NCBI RefSeq assembly: GCF_018977255.1
Contig: NW_024704743.1
Location: 87,608,001-87,672,000 of the forward strand
DNA length: 64,000 nucleotides
Reading direction: 5' to 3'
Source of the DNA: Callorhinchus milii
Taxonomy: Eukaryota
Shown: positions 11,972 through 24,165 of the stretch, one piece after another
Numbering within the stretch: the stretch's first letter is position 1
Layout: the number at the start of each line of letters is the position of its first letter
Notes under the pieces: generated by a model
Told to the model about the DNA's origin: nothing
What the model saw: the letters and a program-made list of their open reading frames with translations, nothing else
The model's database searches: none
Program-made: the position numbers and the translations under genes

Positions 11972-12706
11972 ACTTATGCGGATGACACCCAACTTTACCT
12001 TTCCTCCTCTACCCTCAACTCCACGACCACCGATGTCCTGACAGCCTGCCTGTCCGACATCGAGTCCTGGACGAGAGACAACTTTCTTCAGCTCAACGTG
12101 CGTAAAACTGAGGCCCTCCTGATTGGCTCACGTCAGCGCCTCCGCACCTCAGGCGCTGACAACATCAGCATCCAAGGCTGCACTCTCCACCTCTCAAAGC
12201 CGTCAGGAACCTCGGGGTTCTGTTCGACCCTGAGCTGTCCTTTCTACTCCCCATCCCCCAGAGGATCGAATTCAAGATCCTCATCCTCACCTACAGGGCC
12301 ATTCACGGACTTGCTCCCTCCTACCTCTCTGACCTACTATCCCCCTACTTACCTGCCCGTACCCTCCGTTCCTCTGGCTCTGGTCTACTCCACGTCCCCC
12401 GCCCCAACCGCCCTACCATCGGTGGCCGGGCCTTCAGCCTCTCAGCCCCGAGGCTCTGGAACTCCATCCCCCAGTGCCTTCGCCGCCTCCTCCCTTTCCT
12501 CCTTCAAGGCCGGTCTCAAGACCTTTCTCTTTGACCGTGCCTTCAGCTCCCCTCTCGACTCTCTACCCCCTCGTCGCTCCCTCCCTTCCCTCCCCTCACC
12601 CTGACCATTTACCCCCTGCTCAGGTCCTGACCCAACTATACAGCGCCTTGAGACGTCATCCTGACATGAAAGGCGCTCTATAAATGGAATCTTGTTGTTG
12701 TTGTTG
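11972..12706 (+). mobile_element. L2-clade LINE 3' fragment (subfamily A), internally deleted
   Basis: Starts at RT motif YADDTQLY (TATGCGGATGACACCCAACTTTAC), NFLQLN..KTEALLIG, C-rich 3' UTR, stem-loop, (TTG)n. Confidence 0.95.
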
Positions 12707-12852
12707 TGGGACACTGCTGTGCACAATTGGCTGCTGTGTTTCGTCCACAAAGTATAGTCAATTCACTTTACAGTATATTCTGTGAATCACTTTGAGACAT
12801 CTCGAAAACTCGATAAGACGCTATATCAAATGCAATAATTATTATTATTATT
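12703..12852 (+). mobile_element. SINE 3' half fused to the L2 tail
   Basis: TTGTGGGACACTGCTGTGCACAATTGG through to (ATT)n. Confidence 0.88.
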
Positions 12853-13867
12853 ACCTCAAAACATGCTACAGTTGAGTTTTATGTGTATAGTGAGTGCTGA
12901 TGACAGTAGAATTGGCTGAGAGAGGATATTGGTAGGAAGAGGTGAAGTACCCCTTGCTTCTAAATGGGACAATTTTGGCAATATTTACATGTGAAATTTT
13001 CCCATTAAAGGTGCATATCATGAAAATTAGAGTTAAGAGGAGTGTTTAACATTGCGTACCGAAGACTGAGGGAAACAAATTACCATCAATAGAAATGCAG
13101 CCAGTAACAGCTACGATATTCATGGTAATGTCATTTTAGCTCTGCATTTGCTAACTTAGCTTCCCTCAAACTTCAAGAGAGCAATATGCCAAAGCAGTTC
13201 CCATATAATGTAAATTTACACCCAATATCAAAATGAAAGGTTCCTCAAAGTGGACTGAACGATATGATATGAAAGGTCTGTAAAGTTCTCCTTTCTTTTT
13301 TGGCGGTGACTTGTGATCAGTCTTATGAACCATAAATGTGGTTAACGATTTTAAGTGGACTTCAACATTTATGTTGACAACTAATGTGCTTAATATAAAT
13401 GTCAACTTTGATCTGAAGCATGTGAGATTCATACAAAGAGAAATTAATAACTTATTTCACTTAATGTTATTACGCACGTACACCTACGAAAACAACAAGA
13501 AGCAATTATACCAGAAACGTATCTTGTTATAATTGAAAGTAAGCTGTAAAGGAAAAAGGCTTGTCCCGTTTTTGGTACAATAAAATAATATTTAATATGT
13601 AAATGATGAGTTTGAAATGAAAAATCCTGTCATACCTCAGCTCATTTGATTAACGTTTTTCAAAGGATATTAAAGCCTTCTTTTAATTATTTTTTATGCT
13701 AGACTGCGAAAAGTATTAGCTTCACTGCAGGTTTTTCAAATTGGTGTGAGTCTTACTTTAGAATATTGCATAAAGCAGGAGAATAACAGTGATAACAATA
13801 ATAATGATCCTTACATTTGGTATAGCGCCTTTCACGGAGCGAAGACGTCACAAAATGATTCACAAGA

Positions 13868-14182
13868 TAATAATATAATAATCTTTGCATTTGATATAGC
13901 ACTTTTCAGATCTGCTAAACGTCTCAAAGCGCTTCACAGAATATATTGTAAAGTGAATTGACTATATTTGTAGGCAAAACGTGGCAGCCAATTGCGCACA
14001 GCAGTGTCCCGCAAACAGTCATGGATTGAAGTGTCAATTTATTATTGTTTTTTTTTTCTTGAGGGATTATTATCAGACGTGTGGAGTAAGGAAACTTGCC
14101 CAAGGTTTCGCCCTGCCGGGAATCAAACCCAGCTCTCTCACTTGTGAGGCGAGTGCTCTAACCACTGAGCTACAGGACTCCA
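13868..14182 (-). mobile_element. tRNA-derived SINE, short form (extra SINE/L2 tail fragments at ~13795..13865 and ~14190..14265)
   Basis: Reverse complement of the family sequence. Confidence 0.92.
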
Positions 14183-14764
14183 AGATATACTGTGCTAGCA
14201 CCTTGGGAGGTCCTCCCAACGTGAAAAGCGCTATACAAATGTAATTTTGTGGTGGTGTTGTGGTGTAAAATGCAGTGGCTGTGTGTTTTGTGGGCGAGTA
14301 TAGATATTTATTGTGCTCCTTTGAATTGAACAGTATTTAAATTGCTTCTTACTTTTTTAGTTTCTGTTGCTTCGATCTTCACATTTTACAGGATTCTGAA
14401 AAACATTTTGATTGCTATTCATCTCTACTTAGTGGATTTATTCCTGAATCTAAAAATGCAAATATGCACACAGTATATGGTCATGCAATTCAATCTCAAT
14501 ATCTCTGTTTATTATGAGATCACAATTGACTGATGCTATCATGTCAACAAAAGAGAAATATCCAATGTTTTAGGATCACACAGCCGCTGATCTCATTAAG
14601 GGCAACTGCAATGGCTTGATGAATTATTTGAAGAGTAGTGACTGATATTTAATAATAGAAAATCATTACAACTATAACATGATAACATGCTTTTAATATA
14701 TTGTGGAACAAAACTAGGTGATGGAAGATCTGGTAACTCTTCAGCTTGAAATATTACCTTTCAT

Positions 14765-14942
14765 TTAGCTTTCGAAAGGGAACTAGACAATTACCTAAGA
14801 AGGAGTAAACTCCAGGGCTATGGGGCAAAGGGCAGGTAAATGCAATATTTAGAGGAGAGGAAACAGGTAAAACTGAAAGAATTGCGCTTAAAAAAGCCAG
14901 CACAGAATCGACGAACCTTCTTCTGTGCTGTAAATTTCTAAA
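14765..14942 (+). mobile_element. CR1 LINE 3' end
   Basis: FERELDNYL-like coding end, CAGGGCTATGGGGCAAAGGGCAGG, CTTCTGTGCTGTAAATTTCTA terminus. Confidence 0.75.
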
Positions 14943-15106
14943 TATATTTGTTTTAAAGAAATTCAAAAGGATTAAGCAAACCCATTGGTTTTCTTGAAAT
15001 CATACAAATTTGATGTAATAAACTTGAAGGAAAGGGCAGAATGATAAAAAAAGAAGAAACTGGAATATGTGTGAAGGAAGATTGATACTGAATGTGTTAT
15101 TTAATA

Positions 15107-15408
15107 TTAATAATAATAATAGTAATCCTTGCATTTGATATAATGCTTTTCATGTCTTCTAGACGTCTCAAAGCACTTCACAGAATAAACTGTAAATTTG
15201 TGGGCGAAATGTGGCAGCCAATTGTGCACAGCAGTGTCCCACAAACAGTTGTGGATTGAAATGACCAATTTATTATCTTTTTTTGTGAGGGATTATTATC
15301 AGGCGTGTGGAGTAAGGAAACTTGCCCAAGGTTTCACCCTGCCGGGAATTGAACCCAGGTCTCTCGCTTGCAAAGCGAGTGCTCTAACCACTGAGCTACA
15401 GGACTCCA
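15107..15408 (-). mobile_element. tRNA-derived SINE, short form
   Basis: Reverse complement of the family sequence. Confidence 0.92.
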
Positions 15409-15489
15409 CTATTAATCTTCACTTCAAACGCCATGTGCGAAGAGGTCCTAGACTTCTTTATCAAAGATTGAAAGTATCTGCTTGGCTGC

Positions 15490-16510
15490 ATGCTCCTCCC
15501 CTACGCCCCTTCCGTACTCCCCAGACCATCTACACCACCCCTTCCTTCCGCTACGGCCCATACCACTCCTCCCTTCCTAAACTCCTTTACCCCGATTACT
15601 ACCCCTTCCCTCTTGACTACCATTTCCCAGATGAAGTCCACCATCTGCTGCCTCAATCCCCTCCCCACCCACACTACCCTGGTCAAGCCTAACAAACGGC
15701 CTTCACTTTGTCTACTCCAATGGTTTCCCCACCGCCCCCCCGGTCACCTGTGGTGTACCCCAGTGCTCCATTGTTGGCCCCCTCCTCTTCCTCATCTACG
15801 TGCTTCCTCTTGGCGTTGGCATGCACAAACTTCCACATGTATGTGGATGACACATAAATCTACTTCTCCTCCTCCAGGTCCTCTGATGCTCTGTCGGCTT
15901 GTCTGGCGGACATCAGGGACTGGATGAGTTCAAACATCTTACAACTAAATGTCGACAAGACAGAAGCCATGCTCATTGGCCTATCCCTCAGACTCACCGA
16001 ACCAGTGCATAACTTCGGCGTCAAGTTCGACCGAAGCTGTCCTTCCTTCCCCGCATCCGGTCCCTGACCAGGACCACCTTCCTCCACCTGCACCACATTG
16101 CCCACCTCTGACTGTACCTTACCCCAGACACGGCCGAAACACTTGCCCATGTGTACATCACCTCCAGGCTCGACTATTCAAATGACCTCTTCACCGGTCT
16201 CCCCAGCTCCACCATGCACAAAACTCTGCCGCACACATACTCACCCATACTAAACTATGTACCCCCATCACACAAGTTCTAGCCAGGCTCCACCACCTCA
16301 CTATCGCTGAACGGATCGATTTCAAGATCTTCACACCATTTTTGTAATCCCTGCATTCGCTGGTACCTCCCTATCTCTCCGACTTGCTTCCCCAACACCC
16401 ACAACCCGCTGCCTCTGCCCGACTAGCTCTGGCCTTCTGTATGTCCCTTGTGCCCTTCATCCACCATCAGTGGCTACACTTTCAGCCACTATGCCCCAAA
16501 GCTATGGCAC
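15490..16510 (+). mobile_element. Decayed L2 LINE (subfamily B), 5' part; continues at 18306..18486
   Basis: GVPQ.S..GPLLFLIY, HMYVDDT, LQLNVDKTE, SRLDYSN motifs across frameshifts. Confidence 0.9.
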
Positions 16511-18289
16511 AATCATAGAATCATAGAAATAAGTATACAGCACAGAAAGAGGCCATTTGGCCCATCATGTCTGTGCCAACTCATTGAAAAGGGCTTTCCA
16601 AATCAATCCCACTCCCCCGCTTTCTCCCCATAGCCCTACAACCTTGTCCTTTCCAAATAATTGTCTATTTCTCTCTTAAAAATTGTTACTAAATCAGCTT
16701 CCACCACTCTTTCACAGGCAATGCATTCCAGATCCGAACAACTCGCTGTGTAAACAAAATGTCTCCTCGCTTCTCCTCTGTTTCTTTTAACAACTATTTT
16801 AAAGTGGCGTCCTCGGGTTACCGACCCACCCACCATGGAAATAGTTTCTGCTTGTTCACCCTTTCGAATTCTATTAAATCCTCTTAACCTTCTCTGCTCC
16901 ACATTAAACTTCATCTGCCATGTGTCTGCTCATTTTATCAGTCTGTCTATTTCCTCTTGTTGTATGCTACTATCCTCCTCAACATTTACTACTTTTCTTA
17001 GCTTAGTATCATCTGCAAAATTGGAAATTGTACTCCCTATACTCAAGTCCAGGTCATTTGTATAGATCAAAAACAGCAGTGGTCCCAATACCGGACCCTG
17101 GGGGACACCACTTCATGCTTCCCTCCTGTCAGAAAAACAACTGTTCACCACAACTCTCTGCTTTCTGTTTCCCAGCCGGTTCTGTATTGATGCTGCCACT
17201 GTCCCTTTAATGCAGTAGGCTTCTATTTTTCTTACAAGTCTCTTATGTGCCATTTTATCAAGTGCCTTTTGAAAATCCATATAAACTACATTAACTGCAC
17301 TACCTTCATCCACCCTCTCTGTTACTTCGTTAAAAACTCTATCAGGTTTGTTAGATATGATTTGCCTTTAACAAATCTGTGTGGGCTGTCCTTTATTAAC
17401 CCATGTTTTTCTAAGTGAAAATTTATTTTGTCCTGGATTATAGTCTCTAGAAGTTTCCCTGCTACTGAGGTTAGGCTGACTGGCCTGTAGTTCCCGGGTT
17501 TATCCTTCTGCCCCTTTTTGTACAAGGAGTAACATTTGCAACCCTCCAGTCCTCTGGCACTACCCCGGTGTCTAAGGAGGATTGAAAGATTGTGGCCAGA
17601 GTCTCTATTTCTATGCTATTTCCACCTTTACTTCCCTCAGTAACCTAGGATGCATCTGGTCCGAACCGGGTGACTTATCTACCTTGAGCACCGTCAACCT
17701 TTTTAGTAACTCCTCTCTGTTTATTCTTATCTTATCCAATTTCTCTACCCTCTCCTCCGATACTGTGGCATTGGCTGCATCCTCTTCTTTTGTGAAGACG
17801 GATGCAAAGTACTCATTTAGTATGTCAGCCATGCCCCCTGCCTCTACAAGGTGATTTCCTCTTTGGTCCCTAATTGGTCCCACCCTACCTTTGACTAACA
17901 TTTCATTCTTCATATGTTTATAAAATACTTTATGGTTCCCTTTTATGTTGTCTGCTAATCTTTTCTCATACAATCTCTTTGCCCCTTTTATTTCCTTTTT
18001 CAGTTCTCCTCTATACTTTCAATATTCTATTTGATTACCTTCTGTATTTTGGACCTGAAATTTATTACAAGGCTCCTTTTTGTGTTTTATTTTAATCCCA
18101 ATTTCCTTAGTCATCCAGGGAGGTTTGGATTTCCTACCTTTCCCCTTTGTTGGAATGTATTTATTCTGTCCCTGAACTATCTCCTCCTTGAAGGCTTCCC
18201 AATGCACATTAGCTGTTTTACCTGTCAATCTTTCTTTCCAGTCCACCTTGGCTAGGTCCCTTTTTAACTCACTGAAATTAGCCCTCTTC
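16511..18289 (-). mobile_element. CR1 LINE ORF2 fragment with 3' end, nested in L2
   Basis: Minus-strand ORFs LNEYFASVFT, KSPGSDQMHPRLLRE, PGNYRPVSLTSV, VYMDFQKALDK; (ATTCTATG)n-type tail at ~16511..16530. Confidence 0.95.
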
Positions 18290-18305
18290 TGCTACTATCC
18301 TCCTC

Positions 18306-18486
18306 TATCTTGCTGTATCCGTCCGTCTTGCTCTTTCCTTTCCCATCTTCAGGTCATGCCTTAAAACCTTCCTATTCAACCGTGCTCCCCCTCCCCCCAA
18401 CTCGGCATCGTGCTCTGCCACTGTCGAGCACTCTGGGACACTACCCTGCGTGAGGGGCTGTATATAAAGCCAAGTTGTTATTGTTA
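18306..18486 (+). mobile_element. L2 (subfamily B) 3' end, resuming after the CR1 insertion
   Basis: Collinear with the uninterrupted copy at ~24880..25066; ends TATATAAAGCCAAGTTGTTATTG. Confidence 0.85.
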
Positions 18487-18579
18487 TGTATTGACAAAGC
18501 CCCAGTAATGTGAAATTACTTTCTTACTCTATTCATCTGGATATAAAGCCATGGATTCTATTTGGTTTCTTTAGTGCCA

Positions 18580-18745
18580 AGGCATCTTTAACATCCACTT
18601 GAGCAAGGACACGTCTGTTTAATTTCTCATCCGAAGGCTGACACCTCTAACAATGTAACATGCATCCAGTACTGCTTTGGAGTGTCAGACTGAGTTCAAG
18701 AGAAACGACTCAGAGGTGAGAATGCTACCAACTGAGCCAGGCTGG
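18580..18745 (-). mobile_element. Old Deu-domain SINE head and body
   Basis: ATCTTTAACATCCAC, CTCATCCGAAGG..CACCTCTAACAATG, GCTACCAACTGAGCCA. Confidence 0.75.
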
Positions 18746-18804
18746 CGTTAGCCAGATAAATTATTTTTTTACCTCCACGTACACAGCCAACATGAATATT
18801 TATT

Positions 18805-18972
18805 TGAAACAAAAACAAAGAGAGCTGGGAAAACTCAGCAGGTCAGGCAGCATCTATGGAAAAAGGAAAGTGAGCCAATGTTTCAGGTCCACGATCCGTT
18901 GACTCACTTTCCTTTCTCCATAGATGCTGCCTGACCTGCTCAGTTTTCCCAGCTCTCTTTGTTTTTGTTTCA
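18805..18972. repeat. Long inverted repeat (76-bp arms, 4 mismatches, 16-bp loop), probably Penelope-like terminal-repeat derived
   Basis: Arms 18805..18880 and 18897..18972 compared base by base. AAACTCAGCAGGTCAGGCAGCATCT is, from recollection, a common chondrichthyan Penelope-type repeat. Confidence 0.85.
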
Positions 18973-19590
18973 GATTTCCACCATCTACAGTATTTTGTGT
19001 GTTATTAATATTTATTTTGTTTGTTTCATCTGTAATGAGCTTGAAAACCTTCATCCAAATTTATTTTAATGGAAACAAATTCATGTTAAAAAAACAAATT
19101 TATTTAAAATCTTTCTATAATACCTGTTAAATGTATTAAAAGTTGGTCATTTTACCTTTTAGCATGTATTTCAGATTATAACATGTCAGATATTATAATC
19201 ATTGCTCAATAGAGTTCACTTTAAAATTCTAAAGTCTAATTTTAATGGATCTATAAAACTATGGCCAGGACATATAAAAGGCACAATGTGAGTTTTATAG
19301 CCAATAAATTACAAGAGCTAAAGGGAAAATGTTTCTTTAATAAGAAATCATACATTGAAGCTCAGAGACATCCGCAAGATATACATTTTTTTAGCTCTTA
19401 AACCTAGGATTCAGAAAACACTGGCTCCATTTTATCTGTGTTCTCTTTTCTATCTGTTGTTTTATGCATGAATTGTTTTACATATGAATTGCAAGACCTA
19501 CTTACACTTAAATAGCGCTGGAGCAGATTGATGAAGTAGGGCAAGGGCATAATATTCCTATAATCCGTGCATTTGGTATTGTGCCTTTCA

Positions 19591-19913
19591 TAATAATAAT
19601 AATAATCCTTGCATTTGATATAGCGCTTTTCACGTCGGGAGGACGTCCCAAAGCGCTTCACAGAACACACAGTAAAGTGAATTGACTGTATATTTGTGGG
19701 CGAACGCGGCAGCCAATTGCGCACAGCAATGTCCCACAAACAGTCGTAGATTGAAAATGACCAATTTATTATTGTTTTTGGTTTTGGAGGGATTATTATT
19801 AGACTCTGTGTGGAGTAAGGAAACTTGCCCAAGGTTTCGCCCTCTGCCTGGAATTGAACTCAGGTCTCTCGCTTGCAAAGTGAGTGCTCTAACCACTGAG
19901 CTACAGGACTCCA
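19591..19913 (-). mobile_element. Young tRNA-derived SINE, short form, full length, TSD CTTTCAT
   Basis: Near-identical to 1493..1813; CTTTCAT at 19585..19591 and 19919..19925; sits inside an older SINE tail. Confidence 0.95.
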
Positions 19914-21617
19914 CAGGACTTTCATGTCAGGAAGACATCCCAAAGCGGTTCACAGGATTTGTGAAGTGGAGTGACTGTATTTGTAGGCGAATGAGAATCC
20001 AACCATGCACCATACAACATGGAAGGTTTTGAAAGTCAGAATGAGGATCTTGAAATGAATCCACCGGGAACCAGTAAAGCCTGCTGAGGATGGTCTGATG
20101 GGCACGGAGATCTTATTTTAGGAGAGGATATAGTTGTTACAAGGCTAACAATTGCTTGTATATATGTATGTATGTATGCGCACACGTGTCTGTACGTGCG
20201 TAGCTGTGCGAGTATTTGTCTTTGTGTATATGTGTGTCAGTCTGTGACAATGGTATATGTACACATACCTGAACAAAACTGACACCAATAATGGATTTAT
20301 TGTTTCATCTACACAGGTAAAATAGGGTCAATATAGTCACAAAGTTGACTTCTTAGAAAATTTAAGTTCACTCCAATGTCAGGAATGGGTACAAACGCAT
20401 GCCTCTAAAATGCACGTTACCATGGATGGAAGCAGAGTACAAAGACTACGTGGATCAATTTCTCCACAATCCACATCCCTTCATCTGCCTATGCAATGTC
20501 ACCACATCATAGTACAGACCTCACAGTGATCTGTCAGGTTCTTCTCAAATTCATGTTAAGCACAGGGAACCTCCTTTATCCAAGAGGAAGGTGAGAATTG
20601 GATATCTCCACATTGCTGCTTTGTAACACCTTTAGCAAGTCTGCCTGCCGTGGTGTGAAACTGTCATGTCAGCTTTTCTCCGACCACTTAGAAGGCTTTA
20701 AACTCTATAAAACATGGCGTGATTGCAGTCACCTCTCTGCAGCTTCCCAATAACTCACAGAGCCAATTAGTTTGGGTAAGTTTTCTTCCTCAGCTGTGGG
20801 CTATGTGTGTGAACAAGAATCCATTCTCTGCTCTGACACACCACCTGAGTCCCATGACCAGCTAATAGCACTGCTTCAAGGGCAAACACATCACAGTACC
20901 CTTCAATTCACTCACATTCCTAAGTCCTGGGAAAAAAAAACCTGATCTGAAGGCACGAAAATCATTTAGCCCAAAATAAAGAGAAAAAGACTCTTCGCTA
21001 TATAATGTTTTGAGCTCTTTGCTGTAATGCGCTGCATGCACCCATTTTGTCATTGCTTTGGGTCATCCTTGTTCACAATTGGTTATTTATTCAAGGCCTT
21101 TTGAAATTATCGAGTTGACACATCTGTCAGACTGCAAGAAGTGAAATGCTAAAAGGTCACTCAGAGAGATACCAGCTGCTACAGACAAACCTTTTTGCCT
21201 TCAAATAGCACAATCATTACAGTCTGACAGATGGGGCTTCTACTTTCATTTCTATTGCTTCCCTTGACTCAGGTGATTAGATACAATACCTCATTGCCAG
21301 GTCAAGCTCTTCCACAATTACCTGCACAATAAGTTACTCTACTGCTCGAGAATATAAATCTTGTGTTCTGCAAAGGCGGACTATTTTGTGTCCATAAACA
21401 CCGTTTTTATTTCTCCTTATGTGCTTATAATAAATGTTTCCATTATTTCTGTTATTTCCGATCAGTGGCAGCAGAAGAGTTATATTTTACAGAGCAAATG
21501 TATGTTATTTTAAAGTTAAAGACATCTGACAAGTCTTTAATATTTAGTTGGCCATAAAATTAGCAGCAAAATATGTTTCATAAATAATAACATTCAAATT
21601 CACAAATAATATTCTAT

Positions 21618-21948
21618 AAAATAATAATCCTTGTATTTGATATGTCGTCTTATCACGTCTTCAAGACGTTATATTTTGTGGGTGAAATGCTGCGCCAATT
21701 GCGCACAGCAGTGTCCCACAAACAGTCGTGGATTGAGTGACCAATTTATTATTATTATTTTTTGAAGGAATTATTACCCCCAGGAAAGTGGTCCGCCAAT
21801 CAACTAACAACTGGGTTCCTGCTTACTGCTAAGTAAACAGAGGCGTGTGGAGTAAGGAAACTTGCCCAACATTTCGCCCTGCTGGGAATCGAACTAAGGT
21901 CCCTCTCTCGCGAGGCAAGTGCTCTAACCATTTAGAGATACAGGACTC
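21618..21948 (-). mobile_element. tRNA-derived SINE, long form
   Basis: Carries an extra ~64-bp block (21777..21840) missing from short copies. Confidence 0.9.
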
Positions 21949-22327
21949 TAAAATGAGCCATGTTCTACTCCCCGTCCATTTATTCTGGTATGTCATTAAG
22001 AGAATTAGAAGTTCACTTGCTATTTAAGAATTGTTTTCTTGTACTATTTCTGCTTGAGAATAGACATTATTTGTAGACATATTATTTGCATGGTGAAGAA
22101 TGCTGAAAATAGTTCCTGACGTCCCAAGCTAACACGACTCGCACCACAGCAGGCAAACTTGGTAAAGATGTTACAAATGGCACAATGAAGATGACTGCCA
22201 TGAACAATATTTATTATCATTTGTTCAACAAGATCCACTTTTCTTAATACTTACAAATAACATTACTCAAAGCTTTGTCCACCTGCCTTCCCACATTTAA
22301 GGATTTATGTTTGTTAACCCCCAGATC

Positions 22328-22815
22328 AAGAAAGCAAATGGAATCCTAGGTTTTATGAATAGGAGTATAGAATATAGAATAGAAAGAGATAATGCTTAAC
22401 TTATATAAATTAAATTATATTATACCCCACTTTAGGAAAGACGTCAAGGTGACAGAGGAGATGCAGAGGAGATTCACTAGGATAATGCTGGGATGAGTGG
22501 TTTGGATTATGAGTAGTGACTGGAGGAACTGGAACAAAGAAGGTTGAAGGTGACCTGGTAGAAGTTTTTAAAATTATGAGGGGTTTTGAAAGAGTCAATA
22601 GAGCGAAATTATTTTCCCTGGCCAGTGAGTCAGTAACTAGAGGGCATCAATTTAAGATAGTTGGTAAATGAACAACTGGGAATGTTTGGAGACATTACAC
22701 AGAAAGTAGTTAGGATATGGAATGCCCTGCCGGGGGTGCTGATAGAGGCAGAATCCATATTGGCTTTCAGAAGGGCGCTGGATAAGTACCTTAAAAGGAA
22801 TCAGCCCCAGGGATA
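22328..22815 (+). mobile_element. CR1 LINE ORF2 C-terminal fragment
   Basis: KANGILGF, RRFTRI, GDLVEVFKIMRG, VVRIWNALP, FRRALDKYL motifs. Confidence 0.88.
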
Positions 22816-22821
22816 TACATT

Positions 22822-23060
22822 ACATAATTACATTTGTATAGTGCCTTTCACGTTGGGAGGATGTCCCAAGGCACCGGACAGTCAATGATTTGGACCCGAG
22901 TGGGGGTGTGGGGTGTGGAGGGAGGGTAGGAGGGTGGCTGAAGGCACGGTCGAAGAGGAGGGTCTTGAGACATGCCTTTAATGGAGGCAAGGGAGAAAGC
23001 GAGGTGAAGGGAATGTGGGATGGAGTTCCAAAGGGTGGGGGCAGAAAGGCTGAAGGCCTA
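22822..23060 (-). mobile_element. L2 (subfamily A) 3' end
   Basis: Reverse complement of the L2 stem-loop and 3' UTR. Confidence 0.85.
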
Positions 23061-23760
23061 AAACACTAATCCATAATGAAGTAATTATTTTAGAAAATAG
23101 TCCTGTGAAAATAGCCATTATTGTGGAGCTCATCTGTGATACTGAGCAAATTACCCTTTCAGTTTTAGTGAATGCTCAGTGATGTTGGGTATCTAACACT
23201 CAACAACAGCAGCAAATTACATTTATATAGCACCTTTCATGTCAGAAGGACGTCCGAAGACACTATACTGTACAATGGACTTCCTTTGATAGGTTTTGCT
23301 TCTCTGATCAGATGCACCAGCATTTTGTAGGGCACTAAAACCATATCATTAAACATTTACTCAATTCCTCTGATGGACTTTGGATCTGGTGCCCACTTTA
23401 GCCTTTTGACAAATCTCCTGCCAATTTTGGTCATCATTTCCTGAGGGCAGCTTCAGGCAGGTAGTGCCAAATGGCTGCTTTTGATGCCTCTCAATTTCAG
23501 AAATAAAGACATAGTTTTTGATTTGAAGATTTGTGATCCCCTTTGCTGCCCTTAGCAATGGCAGAAGCAATCTGGAGGATTTATGTATGTTATTTATTTA
23601 GTGTACAGTTTTACAACAGAACTCAATTAAGTCACACTTATAAACTACATCCCATAAAATGCAACAAAACAATATACACTCATTTTCATTTAATATTCAA
23701 GTTGTGTCGAAGAAGACAGCTAGGTTTGCATAATGAATTCCATACTATAAATCACAACTT

Positions 23761-24165
23761 GAACATAAGAACATAAGAATTTGTTAAGCAGAAGAAGACT
23801 AAGGTCCATCTAGTTTGCCTTCCACTATTCTGACAGTCACTTGACATGTTGTGTCCCAAACTAAATTCTGTATCCCGGAATATTATTTTCGAAGAGAAAT
23901 CAATCTAATTTGTTCTTGAAACGAACAACATTTTCTGCTTCCACTGTCTCCCTAGGGAGCCTGTTCTATAGGTTTACTACTCGCTTGCTGAAGTAGTGTT
24001 TCCGCAGATTTGTTCTGAATTTACCCTGATTCAATCGCAGGCTATGTCCTCTGCTTCTACTGTTTAGTACAAGATAAAACAGCTTATTATGGTCTACATT
24101 ATCTATTTGTTTCAGAATCTTAAAGACCGTAATCATATCGCCCCTCAACCTTCTCTTCTGCAGTG
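23761..24165 (-). mobile_element. CR1 LINE 3' end
   Basis: KRRLRGDMITVFKIL...RGHSLRL...RKHYFSKRVVNL; (TTCTTATG)n tail. Confidence 0.9.

Noticed and set aside
20155..20270. Alternating purine-pyrimidine tract (Z-DNA candidate)
   Set aside because: Degenerate (TG/TA)n microsatellite, commonplace in vertebrates.
22084..22091. Octamer ATTTGCAT motifs (also ~1250, 3462, 6364)
   Set aside because: Several are expected in AT-rich DNA; no snRNA or immunoglobulin V-gene context follows.
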